Positions 60,895-64,000 of a stretch of DNA of 64,000 nt are shown piece by piece. The stretch's first letter is position 1. Each line of letters starts with the position of its first letter. The stretch is from an uncultured virus (IMG/VR IMGVR_UViG_3300002219_000133) (Duplodnaviria; Heunggongvirae; Uroviricota; Caudoviricetes). The stretch lies in IMG/VR virus record IMGVR_UViG_3300002219_000133. One strand, given 5' to 3'. Under the pieces are notes generated by a model. The model was not told the origin of the DNA. It saw only the letters and a program-made list of their open reading frames with translations, and ran no database searches. The translations under genes were made by a program, and so were the position numbers.

Positions 60895-61479
60895 TTATTC
60901 AACAGTTCCATTGGTATAAATAACATACCATTCAGTGCCATTGAACATCATCATAACTCGTTCGGTAAGATTTGACATTGTAATAGTTGTACCACTAGCA
61001 AGATGAGCTGGTGTAATTACAAGTGTATTGGTTGCAAGTGCTTGTGCATGGTAGAATACTGTAAGCATCTGACCATTAACACCATCTGCCACGGTAAGAA
61101 TGTCACCAGCTGCAGTTGTAGAAACATTCAAAACAGAAGCATCGAGAGTAGCTGGAGCTGAAGCAGCAGTAATTGCAACGGTATCAACATCAACAACAAG
61201 TTTATCAACATTAAGATCTGTGATATCAGCATCGTCTGCTGTTACAAGAGCAAATGGAGCGCTTGCTGAGCCATCAGCAATAACAGGAAGAAGCTTAGTC
61301 CAATCGCCTTTTGTTGTTGAATTTGCTCTCCAAATTGAACCATTAGATGTGTTCATATAAAGATCAGCATCAGAAGTTGGTGTAATAGAATAAGGATTGC
61401 CAATGCCATAGCTAGTAGCGGCCAAAACAGTAACGACACTTGCCAGAACGAGAATCAGAGTCAAAAAATACTTTTTCAT
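60895..61479 (-). CDS. Signal-peptide-bearing, Thr/Ala-rich beta-strand protein
   Basis: MKKYFLTLILVLASVVTVLA signal peptide; strong AAGGAG RBS; own terminator. Confidence 0.7.
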   Translation of the reverse strand: MKKYFLTLILVLASVVTVLAATSYGIGNPYSITPTSDADLYMNTSNGSIWRANSTTKGDWTKLLPVIADGSASAPFALVTADDADITDLNVDKLVVDVDTVAITAASAPATLDASVLNVSTTAAGDILTVADGVNGQMLTVFYHAQALATNTLVITPAHLASGTTITMSNLTERVMMMFNGTEWYVIYTNGTVE

Positions 61480-61535
61480 TTATAAAAACTCCTTAAAATG
61501 TTTTAATTACAAATTTTTCATACTTATTTATTTAC

Positions 61536-61952
61536 TTAAATAAATTTATCCAAATAACGTCTATTCTGTTCAAGAACATTAGAACTTAGTTTATCATAAG
61601 AGTTAAAATTATCAATAAGGTTTGCTCTCCAGTTTGATACCAAAGATTTCATATATCGAACAACTTCGTTCATTAATTTTGCTCTAGCTATTCTTATACC
61701 AACTTGAAGATCAAATCCATCGTTATGGCTACATTCCGCCTTACCATACATATTATTCAATTCTGGAAACTTTTCAACAATCTGACTACTAAATCTAACA
61801 ATAATAGTATTATCAGATTTATAAACTTCTAATGGATTTACTGATTTGAAGTCATAAATACTAAGAACACCAATAGTAAGTTCATTTGCAAAGCAACGAT
61901 TTAAGCTATTCAAAACATGAACGTGTTTTTTAGAAAACTTTGTATATTTCAT
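61536..61952 (-). CDS. Hypothetical protein
   Basis: GKAECSHNDGFDLQVGIRIARAK motif, common in phage small proteins. Confidence 0.55.
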   Translation of the reverse strand: MKYTKFSKKHVHVLNSLNRCFANELTIGVLSIYDFKSVNPLEVYKSDNTIIVRFSSQIVEKFPELNNMYGKAECSHNDGFDLQVGIRIARAKLMNEVVRYMKSLVSNWRANLIDNFNSYDKLSSNVLEQNRRYLDKFI

Positions 61953-61967
61953 TTATTAATCCTTTAT

Positions 61968-62891
61968 TTACCAAGGAAGAGATTCATCTTCTTCGTGATT
62001 AGAATCATCAGCAATGGCCTCATTTGAAAATTTTTCTTCAACTTTATCCATTGCTTCTTTTTCTTGTTTCTTTTCTTCCTTTTTAACAGCTTCTTCTTCT
62101 TTTACACGTTTTGATTTATCATCAATTGATTCACCATGATTAATAGAATGAAACGTATTCCATTTTTCAATCATTTCATCATTTGAAATCAATCTGGATC
62201 TATCTGGCTCGAGATCAAACAACTGATTAAAAATTGCTTCTATTTCTGTTTCAGTTTTTGCAACTGGAGTTTGTTCCGCTTCAAAACCAGATTCACCATA
62301 ATCGCTAAAACCATTTTTACCCTTAGAAATGATGATGTTGAAATTTTTTCCTTCCCAAAGATCATGAATCATTTCTGGCTGTCTAATCAACGAACCATCT
62401 TCATCTTTTGGTGGAAAAAGTTTATTGTTAATTTTTTTAACAAGTGTATCAGCAAGATACATTTTCTTAACATGTCCAACACAATCTGGCTGAGACTTAT
62501 CTTTTACAACGAGAACATTAACAATATTTGTTGTTGATCGATATTCAGGAACTTTTGGAAATTCAACGCCATTTTCTTTTTGTCTATTCCATTCAGTTCC
62601 AGCAATCTGACACATATCACAATCTTTCATTGAACCGAATGTCGATGGGCACAGAAGATACAAACTCTTATTATTAATTCGTGCTTTATGAGCTCTAACC
62701 GTCTGAATAGGATGTTTACTAATATCTTTTTGAGGAAGAAATCTAACTACACAATTACCATTGCCATTTGCATCGAGTTTTGGAAAGTAGATGCTATCAT
62801 CTTTTTTAAATTTGTTTTCCTGATCTTCGCGCATCTTTTCAAAGTTACCGGCCATTTCATTTCGTTTCTTTTTTAATTCTTTAAAGTCCAT
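61968..62891 (-). CDS. gp32: Single-stranded DNA-binding protein
   Basis: D.NGNG..VVRFLP, CPSTFG...CDMC zinc site, NVLVVKD, DLWEGKNF, acidic tail. Confidence 0.92.
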   Translation of the reverse strand: MDFKELKKKRNEMAGNFEKMREDQENKFKKDDSIYFPKLDANGNGNCVVRFLPQKDISKHPIQTVRAHKARINNKSLYLLCPSTFGSMKDCDMCQIAGTEWNRQKENGVEFPKVPEYRSTTNIVNVLVVKDKSQPDCVGHVKKMYLADTLVKKINNKLFPPKDEDGSLIRQPEMIHDLWEGKNFNIIISKGKNGFSDYGESGFEAEQTPVAKTETEIEAIFNQLFDLEPDRSRLISNDEMIEKWNTFHSINHGESIDDKSKRVKEEEAVKKEEKKQEKEAMDKVEEKFSNEAIADDSNHEEDESLPW

Positions 62892-63192
62892 TTTTAATTC
62901 CTTTTTAAATTGGTTTTTAATGCTTGTTTATTATAAGTTTTTTAATTGTTTTTTAATATTAAATGTTGGCCTCCTTCAATTTACTTTTCCATAGAATATG
63001 TGTAGTTTCTTTTGGCATTTTATTTAATGTTTTTAAAGTAATTATAATGCTATCATCAATAAATTTTCCATATACTGGATGACCGTATTCATCATCTTTT
63101 AATAGACCACTACGAAAGCTTTTCAAAAAAGTATTCAAATCGTACAATTCTTCATGATTCATACATACCTCTTTTTAAAAATACATTAGCAG

Positions 63193-63276
63193 TGCCGGAT
63201 ATCGGACTCGAACCGATAAGAGATTTCTCTCGAGTGATTTTAAGTCACTTGCGTATACCAATTTCGCCAATCCGGC
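63193..63276 (-). tRNA. trnL: tRNA-Leu(UAA), no encoded CCA
   Basis: GCCGGAT acceptor stem, AGTGA-CT-TAA-AA-TCACT anticodon arm, long variable arm, GGTTCGAGTCC T loop; followed by CTG. Confidence 0.93.
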
Positions 63277-63283
63277 ATTTCAT

Positions 63284-63356
63284 CAGGGCCATCTGGATTC
63301 GAACCAGAATAATCAGAGTCAAAGTCTGATACACTAACCAATTATGTTATAGCCCT
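63284..63356 (-). tRNA. trnQ: tRNA-Gln(UUG), no encoded CCA
   Basis: AGGGCTA/TGGCCCT acceptor stem, TCAGA-CT-TTG-AC-TCTGA anticodon arm, GGTTCGAATCC; followed by ATG. Confidence 0.92.
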
Positions 63357-63387
63357 TTGGTTTTGTTCATCAACCTTATGAAAATTA

Positions 63388-63981
63388 TTATATCATACTC
63401 TCATAATTTTTAATAATTTTTCTAACTATAATTTTAATTTTATCGAAGAACTTTTTTCTATCATTATTTATTGAGTATTTACAATAATCGAAGAATCTTT
63501 CCATAATTGGATCTGAGACAATTAAACCGACTTCTGGTGAACAATAGAACAAGTCTATTGGCTGAATATAATTAAAAATATAACTGTTGTGTGTGATTTC
63601 AGACCACAAATTATCAGATTCAATCATTAATTTTATTGTTGTAAAATCATTATCGATCATCATAAACACATAAGCAATAATACCATTATAAATGCTTTTC
63701 ATTTTAGCAGCATTAAATGTTATATGATCAGTTAAATTTGTGATAATAGAAAACTTTCCATCATTAAGAATATTGTTCATTATCAGCAATTCATAATTAT
63801 CTTTAAAAACTTCTCTCATATAAGCTAATTGAACCAATATGCTAGATGAACAAAAACCATTTATATTCAACAAATTAGAAGAATCATTAAATGTTTTTAT
63901 TTCTTCTTTGGTGATCTCGCCCTTTAAATATAATGAAACATTATTGTAAAGTATAAATGCATATTGTTCTTTATAGTTCAT
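63388..63981 (-). CDS. Possible gp59-like helicase loader
   Basis: About 200 aa, upstream of gp32 as in T4; weak N-terminal resemblance (AFILYNNVSLYL). Confidence 0.3.
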   Translation of the reverse strand: MNYKEQYAFILYNNVSLYLKGEITKEEIKTFNDSSNLLNINGFCSSSILVQLAYMREVFKDNYELLIMNNILNDGKFSIITNLTDHITFNAAKMKSIYNGIIAYVFMMIDNDFTTIKLMIESDNLWSEITHNSYIFNYIQPIDLFYCSPEVGLIVSDPIMERFFDYCKYSINNDRKKFFDKIKIIVRKIIKNYESMI

Positions 63982-64000
63982 TAAAAATACTCGCTAATTG

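Noticed and set aside
1289..62876. Numerous short antisense ORFs inside core genes (e.g. 2086..2364, 11010..11261, 44548..44817, 57849..58106, 62271..62537)
   Set aside because: They lie wholly opposite well-supported genes, lack RBSs and read as typical shadow frames.

Overview
64 kb of a very AT-rich, T4-like (Tevenvirinae-related) large myophage genome, covering the replication, recombination and nucleotide-metabolism arm. Recognisable genes: gp55, gp47/46, ClpP, RuvC-like resolvase, tail-tube-fold protein, topoisomerase II gp52 and gp39/60, UvsX/UvsY, a Hef-like endonuclease, NrdD/NrdG, gp45/44/62, RegA, dUTPase, ThyX, dNMP kinase, gp43, gp61, RNase H, an NAD-dependent ligase, gp32 and two CCA-less tRNAs. 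Genes run on + up to about 50.23 kb and on - after that, meeting at a bidirectional terminator. Main observations: (1) A contiguous operon at 24.7-32.8 kb couples a T4 gp42-type dCMP hydroxymethylase to its own sugar-activation pathway (GDPD-like, HAD+PRK-like kinase, class II aldolase/epimerase, double nucleotidyltransferase) and a DNA-type glycosyltransferase, suggesting a non-glucose cytosine hypermodification. (2) A CCA-adding/HD enzyme is split into two convergent genes about 4.5 kb apart, and a single inversion at a shared AGGAA would rejoin them in frame. (3) About 11 small genes share a T4 internal-protein-like capsid-targeting N-terminus, including an Acb1-like 2H phosphoesterase. (4) There is a eukaryote-style WGR-PARP. 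(5) Several composite promoter/terminator/RBS-occluding hairpins occur. All calls come from motif recognition by eye; no database searches were run.
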